Below, one piece after another: positions 42,786-51,667 of a stretch of 62,680 nt of DNA. Made by a program: the position numbers and the translations under genes. The stretch's first letter is position 1; each line of letters opens with the position of its first letter. The notes beneath the pieces are model-generated. The model made no database searches, was not told where the DNA came from, and saw only the letters and a program-made list of their open reading frames with translations. Source of the DNA: a virus; IMG/VR virus record IMGVR_UViG_3300050019_000092, positions 1-62,680 of that record; one strand, given 5' to 3'.

Positions 42786-43841
42786 ATGTTCCACCTTCGC
42801 CGCTTCGTCATTCTGCTCGGTGCGCTGCTGATTTCATCGCAGGCGGATGCTGCTTGCTATCAATGGTCCCGAACTTCCTCGGCCAATGCTACGGCGGACC
42901 CAAGCATAAACTGGGCTACCGGAATGAGCCCGTCCTCGGTCGATGCTTCCGCCCGCGCGATGATGGCTCGGACTGCCGAATGCCGCGACGACTATTCCGG
43001 CCTGCTGGTTCAAGGCGGGACAGCAACTGCTTATACGTTGACGACTTATCAAGGCTTGGCAGCTGCGCCGAATGATGGGCAGCTGCTCGGGTTCACGGTC
43101 GCCAATACGAACGGTGCTGGCGTCACATTGACGGTCGATGGCGGGACCACTTATCCGATCCAGAGTGCGGCAGGGACGGCAGTTTCTTCTGGCACTTTGA
43201 TTGCTGGCTCACCCTACACGGTCAAGTTTTCCTCCGGTGCTTCGGCATGGGTGCTGCGGGATTTCTACGGCCAGCCTTTCACAATCCCGATCGGTGCGAT
43301 GCTGCCGTATACTGGTACGACTGCGCCAAACTCGAATTTCGTTCTGCCCTATGGCCAGTGCATCTCGCGCACGACCTATGCGGCTTATTTCGCGCAGGTC
43401 AGCACGACCTTCGGCGTCTGCAATGGCACCACGACCTTCGGCGTTCCCGACATGCGTGGTCGAACTATCGCCGCGCTCGACAATCTTGGCGGAAGTGCCG
43501 CGGGAAATCTAACGACGACTTATTTCGGAACTGACCCGACGGTTCTCGGCAATGTTGGAGGAACGCAGAGCCACACACTGACGATTGCCGAAATGCCGGC
43601 GCACGACCACGGCGGCGTTACTGGAAACCCGACATATCCAACCGCGCCAACGGTTAACGGCGGCGCCCGCAGGCAAGGTGGCATCACAGGGAGCGTGGCC
43701 TATTCCAATGAGGTGAACGACCAAAACATTGCCCTCAACAATACCGCCCACACCCACACAATAACCTCCCAAGGCGGCGGCAGTCCTCACGCTATCGTGC
43801 AGCCGACGATGGTAATTTCGTTCATCCTCAGAATCCTCTAG
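42786..43841 (+). CDS. Tail fibre protein with C-terminal phage tail-collar domain and N-terminal signal-like peptide
   Basis: The tail-collar pattern IGAMLPYTG...P..F.L.YGQ.ISR..Y..YF......FG....TTFGVPDMRGR is present. N-terminus is MFHLRRFVILLGALLISSQADA. Confidence 0.75.
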   Translation: MFHLRRFVILLGALLISSQADAACYQWSRTSSANATADPSINWATGMSPSSVDASARAMMARTAECRDDYSGLLVQGGTATAYTLTTYQGLAAAPNDGQLLGFTVANTNGAGVTLTVDGGTTYPIQSAAGTAVSSGTLIAGSPYTVKFSSGASAWVLRDFYGQPFTIPIGAMLPYTGTTAPNSNFVLPYGQCISRTTYAAYFAQVSTTFGVCNGTTTFGVPDMRGRTIAALDNLGGSAAGNLTTTYFGTDPTVLGNVGGTQSHTLTIAEMPAHDHGGVTGNPTYPTAPTVNGGARRQGGITGSVAYSNEVNDQNIALNNTAHTHTITSQGGGSPHAIVQPTMVISFILRIL

Positions 43842-43848
43842 GAATCCG

Positions 43849-44277
43849 ATGACCACTGTCCGCACCGACCTCGGCAATACCAAAGAATCCGCGCGGCGCG
43901 AGCGGTTCGAGCCGACTGGATCAATCACGGCGACGAATGTGCAGAAAGCTATTGAGCAGGCGGTGAGCCAGCCGATTGCCATCGTGCCGACTGCAGTCGC
44001 TTTCGCCGCGTCGCCCTATACTGTGCTGGCCACCGATGTTGCGCTCTATGTCGATCCGACCGGCGGTGCGATCACGATCAACTTGCAGGCATCGGCTGCG
44101 CGCGCCGGTGTCCCTCTCATCATTAAGGACGTGACCGGCCATGCCGCGGCGAATAATATCTCGCTGGTTGGGAACGGTGCGGAGACGACCGACAGTCTTG
44201 CGACTTACCTGATCAACGCCGACTTCGGTGGTGTCACGCTTAATCCTTTGACCGGCGGCTATACGGTAGCACCATGA
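43849..44277 (+). CDS. Hypothetical tail-associated protein (142 aa)
   Basis: Lies between the two fibre genes. Confidence 0.5.
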   Translation: MTTVRTDLGNTKESARRERFEPTGSITATNVQKAIEQAVSQPIAIVPTAVAFAASPYTVLATDVALYVDPTGGAITINLQASAARAGVPLIIKDVTGHAAANNISLVGNGAETTDSLATYLINADFGGVTLNPLTGGYTVAP

Positions 44278-45977
44278 CCAAGGTATTCCGCGCGCTTGCC
44301 GCGCTGCTCCTACTCTCGATCACCGCGCATGCGCAGGTTCCCGGTCAATTGCCCAGCGGTGATGTTTGGGGAAACCCAACGGCGAGCCGAGCACCTGGCT
44401 CTCCCGCAACACTCTCGGCCATTATCGATCGTGCTATCTCCTCGGTGCAAGGAGCGATGCTATATCGTGGCGCGTCCGCCTGGAACGCACTTGCTCCGAC
44501 GGCAACGGCTCGCCAAATGCTACAGTCCGGCGCGTCTAGTGCTCCTGCGTGGTCAACCGCTACCTGGCCGGCAACAACAACAGTCAATCAACTGCTCTAC
44601 TCGAGTGCGACGAATGTCGTCGGCGGCGTGGGAACCGTCACCGTAGGCATGCTGCAGACCGATACTTCTGGCATCCCGCAATTCACGCAAAACCCGAACG
44701 TCGGCGGAATTGGCTTGGGAACCGGTTCATTCAATATCAGCGGCACCACTAGCGGCAAGGCGACGATAACTGTTCAGAATGCTGCCGGAACGCCGACGGT
44801 GACATTGGGCACGAGCTCAGGAACGCCAGCGGTTACCGCCTCATCACCGCTGTCAATAAATGCAGGGACTGGCAATCTTTCAATAGCTCTTGGTACAGGC
44901 GTTGCCACGGGGTTGGCCCTCAATATTGGGAGCAGTGGAGCGGTTGTACTGAATGGCGGAGCGCTCGGCACTCCTTCGTCCGGTACGCTGACCAGCGTGA
45001 GCGGCCTTCCGATCTCGACCGGCGTATCTGGCCTCGGCACTGGCATGGCCACTGCGTTGGCTCTCAATATTGGCTCTAGTGGATCCCTTGTGCTGAATGG
45101 TGGCGCATTGGGGACGCCTTCCTCTGGCACGCTCACGAATGTTTCTGGCCTTCCGATCGCCGGTGTAACGGGATGGGGCACTGGCATCGCCACGGCACTC
45201 GCCGTCAACGTTGGCACAGCCGGGGCACCCGTGGTCAACGGCGGTGCGCTCGGTACGCCGTCATCTGGGTCGGTGGCAAATTCAGTATTGGCGACAGCCC
45301 CCCTCAATACAATGAAGGGTAACTGGACCTCGGGCACGACCAATGAGTCCGACAACACAATGCCGTCTTGCGCCGATTCTGGCGGCAATCATCTAAACTA
45401 TGTAAACGGAACCGGCGTTACTTGCGGCACAACTTCGTCCGGTAGCGCAAAGGTATTGCTTGCGACATTGACGGCGAGCAATTCGGCCTCGCTCAACGAC
45501 TCGGTGGCCTGCGGCGGGGCGAATTGCCTGACCGTGACCTATACATCCTATGAACTAGTTTTCCAGAACATTATTCCGGCGACAACCGGCAAGATTCTCG
45601 AACTGCAAATCCATTCGGGGGGCGCGTACAAGGCAAGTAGCTATGTTACTTTTCAATCCGCGCTTGCGTCTGGCAGCACTGCATATATCTCATCACAGCC
45701 TACAACTTACATTCCAATTTCTTTCGCGTCGGATGCGGGGGGTGGATCGCTGGTAAATACGGCGCCTGGTCTAAGTGGCACCATGACAATCTATACGCCA
45801 TCTACGTCTGGACTAATTTCGGTCGGCGGCACTGTCTGGTATTTGGGCGTTAGTAACGTGATGCAAGCGATTAACTATGGGTATTGGAATTCCGCCGCAG
45901 TCGTAGATGGCTTCCAGGTGCTAATGGACAGCGGGAACATCACCAGCGGCGCGATCAAGATTTACGGCATCCTATGA
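44274..45977 (+). CDS. Tail fibre protein with internal tandem repeats and N-terminal signal-like peptide
   Basis: N-terminus is MTKVFRALAALLLLSITAHA/QV. NGGALGTPSSG repeats three times. Confidence 0.7.
   Translation: MTKVFRALAALLLLSITAHAQVPGQLPSGDVWGNPTASRAPGSPATLSAIIDRAISSVQGAMLYRGASAWNALAPTATARQMLQSGASSAPAWSTATWPATTTVNQLLYSSATNVVGGVGTVTVGMLQTDTSGIPQFTQNPNVGGIGLGTGSFNISGTTSGKATITVQNAAGTPTVTLGTSSGTPAVTASSPLSINAGTGNLSIALGTGVATGLALNIGSSGAVVLNGGALGTPSSGTLTSVSGLPISTGVSGLGTGMATALALNIGSSGSLVLNGGALGTPSSGTLTNVSGLPIAGVTGWGTGIATALAVNVGTAGAPVVNGGALGTPSSGSVANSVLATAPLNTMKGNWTSGTTNESDNTMPSCADSGGNHLNYVNGTGVTCGTTSSGSAKVLLATLTASNSASLNDSVACGGANCLTVTYTSYELVFQNIIPATTGKILELQIHSGGAYKASSYVTFQSALASGSTAYISSQPTTYIPISFASDAGGGSLVNTAPGLSGTMTIYTPSTSGLISVGGTVWYLGVSNVMQAINYGYWNSAAVVDGFQVLMDSGNITSGAIKIYGIL
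44900..45275 (+). repeat. About 144-nt tandem repeat, 2.6 copies, in-frame in the tail fibre
   Basis: The unit LALNIGSSG..VLNGGALGTPSSGTLT.VSGLPI is repeated. Confidence 0.8.
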
Positions 45978-46501
45978 ACATCAACCTATCCTCCGCGCTT
46001 GCCTACATCACCGGCGACGAAGGCCAAGAATTAAATATCTCATCGGGGGAAGGTGGGGGCGCCAGCAAGTGGGGCGTCACGCTTACGGACCTATCCGAGG
46101 TGCGCGGCAAGGTTTGCACCGTAGCCGACGTCGCCGCACTGACGCAGGACGACGCCAGCCAGATATACGGTACGCGCTTCGCCGTCCCGATCCACTTTGA
46201 TGAACTGCCGGGCGGTGTCGATTACCGAATGCTCGACTGCGCCGTGACGCTCGGCGTCACCGGGGCGATAGATGCGCTGCAGATGTGCCTCGCCATATGG
46301 CCGACGACCGGCGTGATGGACGCCGCCACGCTGGCGGCGGTGAAGGCTGCCACTCCTGCTGTGCTGGTGCTACAACTCGACGCTGCATGGCTGACCTGGA
46401 AGCGCGGATTGACACCGACCGGCTGGGGCAAGTATGGCCACGGATGGACGAACAGAGTCCTTAAAGTGCGTGGACGCTTGCCGGCAATGATGGGAGCGTA
46501 G
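45974..46501 (+). CDS. GH108-like lysozyme with PG-binding-type C-terminus (endolysin candidate 1)
   Basis: Pattern is GDEG...GGGASKWGVTL...ASQIYGTRF...DCAVTLGVTGAIDALQ...GWTNRV. ATGA overlap start. Confidence 0.65.
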   Translation: MNINLSSALAYITGDEGQELNISSGEGGGASKWGVTLTDLSEVRGKVCTVADVAALTQDDASQIYGTRFAVPIHFDELPGGVDYRMLDCAVTLGVTGAIDALQMCLAIWPTTGVMDAATLAAVKAATPAVLVLQLDAAWLTWKRGLTPTGWGKYGHGWTNRVLKVRGRLPAMMGA

Positions 46502-46503
46502 AC

Positions 46504-47088
46504 ATGAGCGCGCCGCTAGACGTTTTATTTAGGCAACGCATTCTCGGTTGTTCTGGATTCTATGCAGGACCGATGGACGGTCAATGGGGACCAAAGACCG
46601 ATGCGGCCGACAAAGCGTTTCAGGCTGAATACTTGCATCAGCAGACCATTGGCGGCGTGTTCGACCCGCGCACGGAAGGCGCGATTATGTCGCTGCTGAT
46701 CCAGGCGCAGCCCAAAGCCCGCGAGTTTATGAAGGTGGCGGGACCAACGTGTCAGCTTACATCAGGCACACGGACTTACGCGGAACAGGATGCGTTGTTT
46801 GCGCAGCATCCGAAAGTAACTAACGCCCGCGGTGGCCAGAGCAACCACAACTTCGGCATCGCATGGGATGCCGGGTTGTTTCCGAATGGTCACTATCTGA
46901 CTGGTGATAATGCCGATGAGATGGCGGCCTACCGTGCGTTAGTAGTGCAAATTAAAGCACACCTCACCGGCCTAGAATACGGCGCTGACTGGAAATCGCT
47001 AGTTGATGTTGATCACTATCAGCTCGCAACTGGCAAATCCCTCTCACAAGTTCGCGCCGCCTTTGAGGCGGGTAAGCCTTTCCTTTAG
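46504..47088 (+). CDS. Peptidase M15 (VanY/L-alanyl-D-glutamate type) with N-terminal PG-binding domain (endolysin candidate 2)
   Basis: Contains SGTRTYAEQDALF, GQSNHNFGIAWD and DVDHYQL. Confidence 0.8.
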   Translation: MSAPLDVLFRQRILGCSGFYAGPMDGQWGPKTDAADKAFQAEYLHQQTIGGVFDPRTEGAIMSLLIQAQPKAREFMKVAGPTCQLTSGTRTYAEQDALFAQHPKVTNARGGQSNHNFGIAWDAGLFPNGHYLTGDNADEMAAYRALVVQIKAHLTGLEYGADWKSLVDVDHYQLATGKSLSQVRAAFEAGKPFL

Positions 47089-47096
47089 GAGCCAAC

Positions 47097-47438
47097 ATGA
47101 ACCAAGACCAAATGCTTAGCCTGCTGCGGACAGTTCTGCAGATCGTCGGCACAATCATCGTCTCGCATGGCACGCTCGGCATCAACGGCGCGCTGTGGGA
47201 GCAGATCAGCGGTGTCGTCATCATCATCGGCCCGACAATCTGGTCGATGTATGCTCATACCCATGAGAACATGATTGCGTCCGTCACGGCAAATCCCGAC
47301 GTCAAACAGATTGTTGTCAGCAAGTATGCTGTAGACGGTGCCGCGCGTGCCGCCGCCGACCCGACCCAGCCGAAGGTTGTCAATGAAATGACGGCGCCAG
47401 TTGTTTTCGGCTCTGATATCAAGAAGTCAGGCACCTAA
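47097..47438 (+). CDS. Putative holin (two TM segments)
   Basis: Hydrophobic segments are LRTVLQIVGTIIVSHG and ISGVVIIIGPTIWSMYA. It is adjacent to the endolysins. Confidence 0.5.
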   Translation: MNQDQMLSLLRTVLQIVGTIIVSHGTLGINGALWEQISGVVIIIGPTIWSMYAHTHENMIASVTANPDVKQIVVSKYAVDGAARAAADPTQPKVVNEMTAPVVFGSDIKKSGT

Positions 47439-48193
47439 TGCACAAGTATGGGAAATTGCCTGCCCGCGAAGGTGCCGTGTCGTTCAAATACGGCGCATTT
47501 TTTAACGCGCCGCAACTGCCAACGCCACCGCTTCGGTTTGGGCATTACAATTTGCCTATCGCGTGGCAAGAATTTGGCAATAATCTGCACAGTGATTGCG
47601 TATTCGCTGGTGCCGCTCACGAGCATCTAGTGTGGTGTAACGAGGCTGGCGTCTCGGCGCAATTCACGGACGTCGGTGTTCTCTCCGACTATTCTGCCGT
47701 GACCGGCTATAAACCGAATGACCCAAGTACCGATCAAGGTGCCGATATGCAGGTGGCGGCGAGCTACCGACGCTCGACCGGCATCATCGATGCTTATGGA
47801 AAACGGCATAAGGTTGACGCCTACACGGCTCTTACTGCTGGGGACGTCGATCAGCTTATGCAGGCGACCTATCTGACGGGGGCCTGCGGTGTCGGCATCC
47901 GAGTTCCATCCAGCGCAGACAAGCAATTCGACGCACAGGTGCCGTGGGATGTGGTGGACGGCGACGACATCGTTGGGGGTCACTATATTCCAGTGATAGG
48001 CCGGAATCGCCTTGGCAACGTGCTTTGTGTGACGTGGGGCAGGTTGCACGCCATGACGCCAGCTTTTTACAAAACCTTTTGCGACGAAGCGATATGCTAT
48101 ATTAGCTTCGATGCACTGAACGAAAAGGGACTGACCCCGGAAGGGTTCGACGCCACGCAGTTGCAGCAAGACCTTGCGGCTCTGGCCGCATAA
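47438..48193 (+). CDS. Putative papain-like cysteine peptidase
   Basis: Candidate Cys (HSDCVFAGAAHE) and His (GGHYIPVIG) dyad, followed by VTWG. Confidence 0.4.
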   Translation: MHKYGKLPAREGAVSFKYGAFFNAPQLPTPPLRFGHYNLPIAWQEFGNNLHSDCVFAGAAHEHLVWCNEAGVSAQFTDVGVLSDYSAVTGYKPNDPSTDQGADMQVAASYRRSTGIIDAYGKRHKVDAYTALTAGDVDQLMQATYLTGACGVGIRVPSSADKQFDAQVPWDVVDGDDIVGGHYIPVIGRNRLGNVLCVTWGRLHAMTPAFYKTFCDEAICYISFDALNEKGLTPEGFDATQLQQDLAALAA

Positions 48194-48210
48194 CTGAAAA
48201 GGTAACCACA

Positions 48211-48396
48211 ATGGCTAACCCAGACGTCAAGGGCACACAGATCGACCCGGAAGAACTGAATGCGGCGTTCCTCGCCGTGCGCGCGCACGCCGACAAGAGC
48301 ATGTACGGCAAATATATCTCGGACGACGAATGCAAATCGGTCGCCGCCGACGTGGTGGCTGCGGTCGAGGGCTATCGAGGCGGTACGTCCATCTGA
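48211..48396 (+). CDS. Hypothetical protein (61 aa)
   Basis: ORF track entry. Confidence 0.5.
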   Translation: MANPDVKGTQIDPEELNAAFLAVRAHADKSMYGKYISDDECKSVAADVVAAVEGYRGGTSI

Positions 48397-48427
48397 CGCC
48401 GCACAATCCATCAACGGAGTTAAATTA

Positions 48428-48748
48428 ATGCACATGATCAGAAAGCTATTCTTCGCCGCGCCGGTTGCTGCGGCGCTCGTGCTCAGCGGCTGCGCTGGGG
48501 GTGGTGTCACACCGGCAACTGTCTCAGCCACCATCTCTCAGGTGCAGCAAGCCGCGGTCCTGGCCTGTGGCTTCTTGCCGACGGCCGCTACGGTCGCCAG
48601 CATCCTGTCCGGTGGCAATCCTCTCGTGACTACGGCTGCCGGTATAGCGCAAGCCATCTGCACCGCCGTCACCGCCAAGGCTGTGCGGCGTGGTGGTCCT
48701 GCCCCGAGTGTGGGCGGCGTCGTGATCCACGGCAGGTTCGTGAAGTAG
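48428..48748 (+). CDS. Lipoprotein (lipobox LSGC), possible outer spanin component
   Basis: N-terminus is MHMIRKLFFAAPVAAALVLSGC. Confidence 0.55.
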   Translation: MHMIRKLFFAAPVAAALVLSGCAGGGVTPATVSATISQVQQAAVLACGFLPTAATVASILSGGNPLVTTAAGIAQAICTAVTAKAVRRGGPAPSVGGVVIHGRFVK

Positions 48749-48756
48749 CAACAACG

Positions 48757-48790
48757 AGCGACGGGGGCGGATCGTCTCCGTCGCTTTTTA
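48757..48790 (+). terminator. Rho-independent terminator
   Basis: Stem AGCGACGG / CCGTCGCT, followed by TTTTTAA. Confidence 0.65.
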
Positions 48791-48823
48791 ATCGCGCGGC
48801 GTTCAATAGACAGAGGACTTGAC

Positions 48824-49255
48824 ATGGCCGCGCGAAGAGCAAACGTCGGTTCAAGCACCAGCCAGTGGGTCATAGTGATCGCAGGGCTTGGCGTGGTGAT
48901 GAGCCTCGGCAATGGATTTTGGTCGTTGGCCAATCCGCGTGGCGATATCAAGGAATTAAAGGATGATGTCGGTAAGCAGTTTGCCAAGATCGAAAATGAT
49001 CTAAAATGGCAATTTGCATCCAAAGATTTAGTGAACGGGAAAATTGATTCCATCAAGGAAGAAAACACCACCTACCGACGCGGCATGGAAGCGCTCATCT
49101 TGCGCATCGAGACGAAGGCCAACACGCTCGACGTTGAGATACACGGCACCTATTCGCCGAAGGATGCCATCGCACAGATCCAGGCACGCATCATCGAACT
49201 CGAGCGTGTGATTCGAGATACAACCAGACAGCCAGTCCCGGTAACACAGAAATGA
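48824..49255 (+). CDS. N-terminally anchored coiled-coil membrane protein
   Basis: TM segment is WVIVIAGLGVVMSLG, followed by heptad-rich sequence. The gene is AT-rich. Confidence 0.55.
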   Translation: MAARRANVGSSTSQWVIVIAGLGVVMSLGNGFWSLANPRGDIKELKDDVGKQFAKIENDLKWQFASKDLVNGKIDSIKEENTTYRRGMEALILRIETKANTLDVEIHGTYSPKDAIAQIQARIIELERVIRDTTRQPVPVTQK

Positions 49256-49605
49256 CAGATAAGGATTTTTTGCCCCACACCAATGGTGCGTGGGATCGTA
49301 TTATCCACGAATTACGCCGACGCTTGGATGAATTGGCTGCGCGTGGTCACAGTGCTTCGCGGGAAATCGCCGATCTTCAAAATAACATACACGATCTTGA
49401 AATGCATCAAAAGGGTCAATTGACCCACGAACAAGTTGTCTCAGTGATACTTCTGCTATTGATGAATGACCGAAGAAAATGGCTGCGAAGAGGGTTAAAG
49501 GTTTATGGTGCGTCAATTGTGGGCATCATAGCCGGCATTTTTGTATTTAGAATATGGATCGCAGATATATTTCAGTGGCTCGCCTCATTGGCTAGGATGT
49601 CATGA
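49252..49605 (+). CDS. C-terminally anchored membrane protein
   Basis: TM segment is SIVGIIAGIFVFRIWIADIF. ATGA overlap start. Confidence 0.5.
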   Translation: MTDKDFLPHTNGAWDRIIHELRRRLDELAARGHSASREIADLQNNIHDLEMHQKGQLTHEQVVSVILLLLMNDRRKWLRRGLKVYGASIVGIIAGIFVFRIWIADIFQWLASLARMS

Positions 49606-49606
49606 C

Positions 49607-50173
49607 ATGTTTCTTATGAGCCACTTTCAAAGAGTATTGGGCAATGCAGTAGCCTTGCTGGCACTACTCGGCATCATTATTCCTACGACATGGCTGGCGT
49701 TTGATCGTGACCCACCAGTAGTGCTTCTTTCTGGCGAAGCTATTCCATCCACAGTATTGAAGGGTGGCGCATACAAATTAAAATGGGTGCCTAAACATAC
49801 CGGAAGGGCGTGTCCCGGTATGGTGAATTGGGTGTTTGTTGATTCTGAAGGAACAACTTGGACGCAGGCAAAAGCTGAGTCAGAGTTAGATTATCGAATA
49901 TTAGTTTCTGCTGAGAAAGCCGTCGTTGGGCGAGAGCATATTATGCCGACCGGGGCCAGCGCCGAGAAGGGCGGCGTCGGAACGCTGCACACGTCAGCAG
50001 ATTTCAGGTGCAATTTTACTCAATGGGATTGGTGGTTTTTCGATATACCGATCCATGTTGATTACCCTGACGTCAAAATAAAAGTTATAGCTTTGCCGCC
50101 CACGCCAATGGTGCCTGGGCCTGCTGGCCCCACTGGACCGCAAGGCCCTAAAGGTGATCCTGCAACTAAATAG
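49607..50173 (+). CDS. Membrane-anchored protein with a short C-terminal collagen-like triplet run
   Basis: TM segment is AVALLALLGIIIPTTWLAF. It ends PGPAGPTGPQGPKGDP. Confidence 0.55.
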   Translation: MFLMSHFQRVLGNAVALLALLGIIIPTTWLAFDRDPPVVLLSGEAIPSTVLKGGAYKLKWVPKHTGRACPGMVNWVFVDSEGTTWTQAKAESELDYRILVSAEKAVVGREHIMPTGASAEKGGVGTLHTSADFRCNFTQWDWWFFDIPIHVDYPDVKIKVIALPPTPMVPGPAGPTGPQGPKGDPATK

Positions 50174-50175
50174 CC

Positions 50176-50364
50176 TTGTCCTTCTCGGGAGATTCTAACA
50201 TGCAAAACCTCGGCCTTGTTCTTCTCTGCTTCGCTTTCGTCTGTGCCTGCCTAGCGGCTCGCGGGATCGGCGCTCCTAGCTGGAGCCTCGGCTGGCTAGC
50301 GATTGCCTTCTGGCTTGCGGCTGAAATATTCGCCGGTGCGGGCCGGACGTTCGGAATTCACTAG
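50176..50364 (+). CDS. Small two-TM membrane protein
   Basis: ORF track entry. An alternative ATG lies at 50200. Confidence 0.45.
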   Translation: MSFSGDSNMQNLGLVLLCFAFVCACLAARGIGAPSWSLGWLAIAFWLAAEIFAGAGRTFGIH

Positions 50365-50500
50365 GTGCCTCATCTAAAGCCCCGCATGTCGGGTAATCAG
50401 GTGGTCCTACTGCTGATTGCGCTCGGCGCGATCTATCTCGGCCTATATTTGGCCGGCATCTGGAACTGCTGCTGATCGCCACAATCGTTAATTTTTGTGA

Positions 50501-50532
50501 AGCCGCCGGACTTGAAACGCTCGGCGGTTTTC
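50501..50532 (+). terminator. Probable rho-independent terminator
   Basis: Stem AGCCGCCG / CGGCGGTT with one G-U pair, running into TTTT. Confidence 0.5.
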
Positions 50533-50612
50533 GCTATGGAGTTCCCTCCCCCACAACATGGAGATCCCGAGTCCACGTTCGCAATTCCGCAACCATTCAA
50601 CGGAGCTCCGAC

Positions 50613-51323
50613 ATGATCTCGCGAATCACCCTTGCCACCCTGGCGGTCGCCACTATCGCCTTCTCGGCTCCGGCCGATGCTCGAGGCCACCGCACCGCAC
50701 AATTCGGACCGATGTTTGATGCCGCCGCTGCCCCGGCATATCCCATGGAGCGTCAGGCTAGGACCCGTCACGGCCGCCGTCAGGCGGTCAGGCATAGGCG
50801 TGAGCGCGTCCGGCTGGATGCCAATGCCAATGAGGCCCAGCCAGCCCCTGTGGAGCCTCGCCAAGGGGAATCCGGGCGATCGATTAAGACCTACACCCCC
50901 GAACGGCAAGCCGATGCGCAGAGCCGAGTAGGATGCCGAAATGGAACTATTCGGGTTTCCACCGCCTTCGGCTTAGGGATTTGCGTTGATCCGCGGTTCG
51001 CCAGCAAGTTCCAGACATTCTTCTCCGCCTTGAAGGCTTCCGGAGCTCGCGTTACCGCGATCGTTTGCCAAGCCTACGGCCATGCCCCCGGCAGCAATCA
51101 CATCGGCGGCGGCGCTTGCGACGTTAATCAGACGGCCAAGAATAGAACTATCGGGGCGATGTACCATGCGGGAGACATGATCCGCGCCGCCGGCCTTTAC
51201 GACGGCTGCTCGTTCAGCGATTGCGGGCACGTCGAGGCGATGCGCGGGCTCGGCAACTATGGAGGCACGATGTCGGCTCGTCGGCATCATCGCCACCACC
51301 ACGTTCGCTACGCCTACCGATGA
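50613..51323 (+). CDS. Secreted protein with LAS/M15-like metallopeptidase signature
   Basis: Signal peptide is MISRITLATLAVATIAFSAPADA. GSNHIGGGACDV (SxHxxGxAxD-like) and DCGHVE are present. Confidence 0.45.
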   Translation: MISRITLATLAVATIAFSAPADARGHRTAQFGPMFDAAAAPAYPMERQARTRHGRRQAVRHRRERVRLDANANEAQPAPVEPRQGESGRSIKTYTPERQADAQSRVGCRNGTIRVSTAFGLGICVDPRFASKFQTFFSALKASGARVTAIVCQAYGHAPGSNHIGGGACDVNQTAKNRTIGAMYHAGDMIRAAGLYDGCSFSDCGHVEAMRGLGNYGGTMSARRHHRHHHVRYAYR

Positions 51324-51439
51324 GCAGGCGTTTCTCCGACAAGCGGCGGCCGACCGAGCCGCCGCCATTTATCTCCTGGTTCGTGCTGGCGCTCTTCGCC
51401 GTCGCAGCCTTCGGCTTGGTGGCGTCTTATTGGAGATAA
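51320..51439 (+). CDS. Small membrane peptide (39 aa)
   Basis: ATGA overlap start. TM segment is FISWFVLALFAVAAFGLVASYW. Confidence 0.3.
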   Translation: MSRRFSDKRRPTEPPPFISWFVLALFAVAAFGLVASYWR

Positions 51440-51452
51440 ACGCTGCGCTCCC

Positions 51453-51659
51453 TTAGTAGGTGGTGGGTTCTCGGAATGTGATCGGCCTCGGACCTGTGAA
51501 TGACCCGTCAGACCGCACTCTCGTCGTGTCATCAATCGGCACCATCTTGAAACATGGTTTGCCTTGATAAGTTACGATGTAGCTCTCACCGTCTGCCCGA
51601 ACACGGAAAGCGTATTCGCCGGGAGAAGCGCGAAGCTGCATCATCGTGATAGTTTTCAA
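51453..51659 (-). CDS. Phd/YefM-like antitoxin-domain protein with no adjacent toxin gene
   Basis: The N-terminal pattern MKTITMMQLRASPGEYAFRV...ESYIVTYQGKPCFKMVPID resembles Phd/YefM. Confidence 0.4.
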   Translation of the reverse strand: MKTITMMQLRASPGEYAFRVRADGESYIVTYQGKPCFKMVPIDDTTRVRSDGSFTGPRPITFREPTTY

Positions 51660-51667
51660 AGTCGCTC

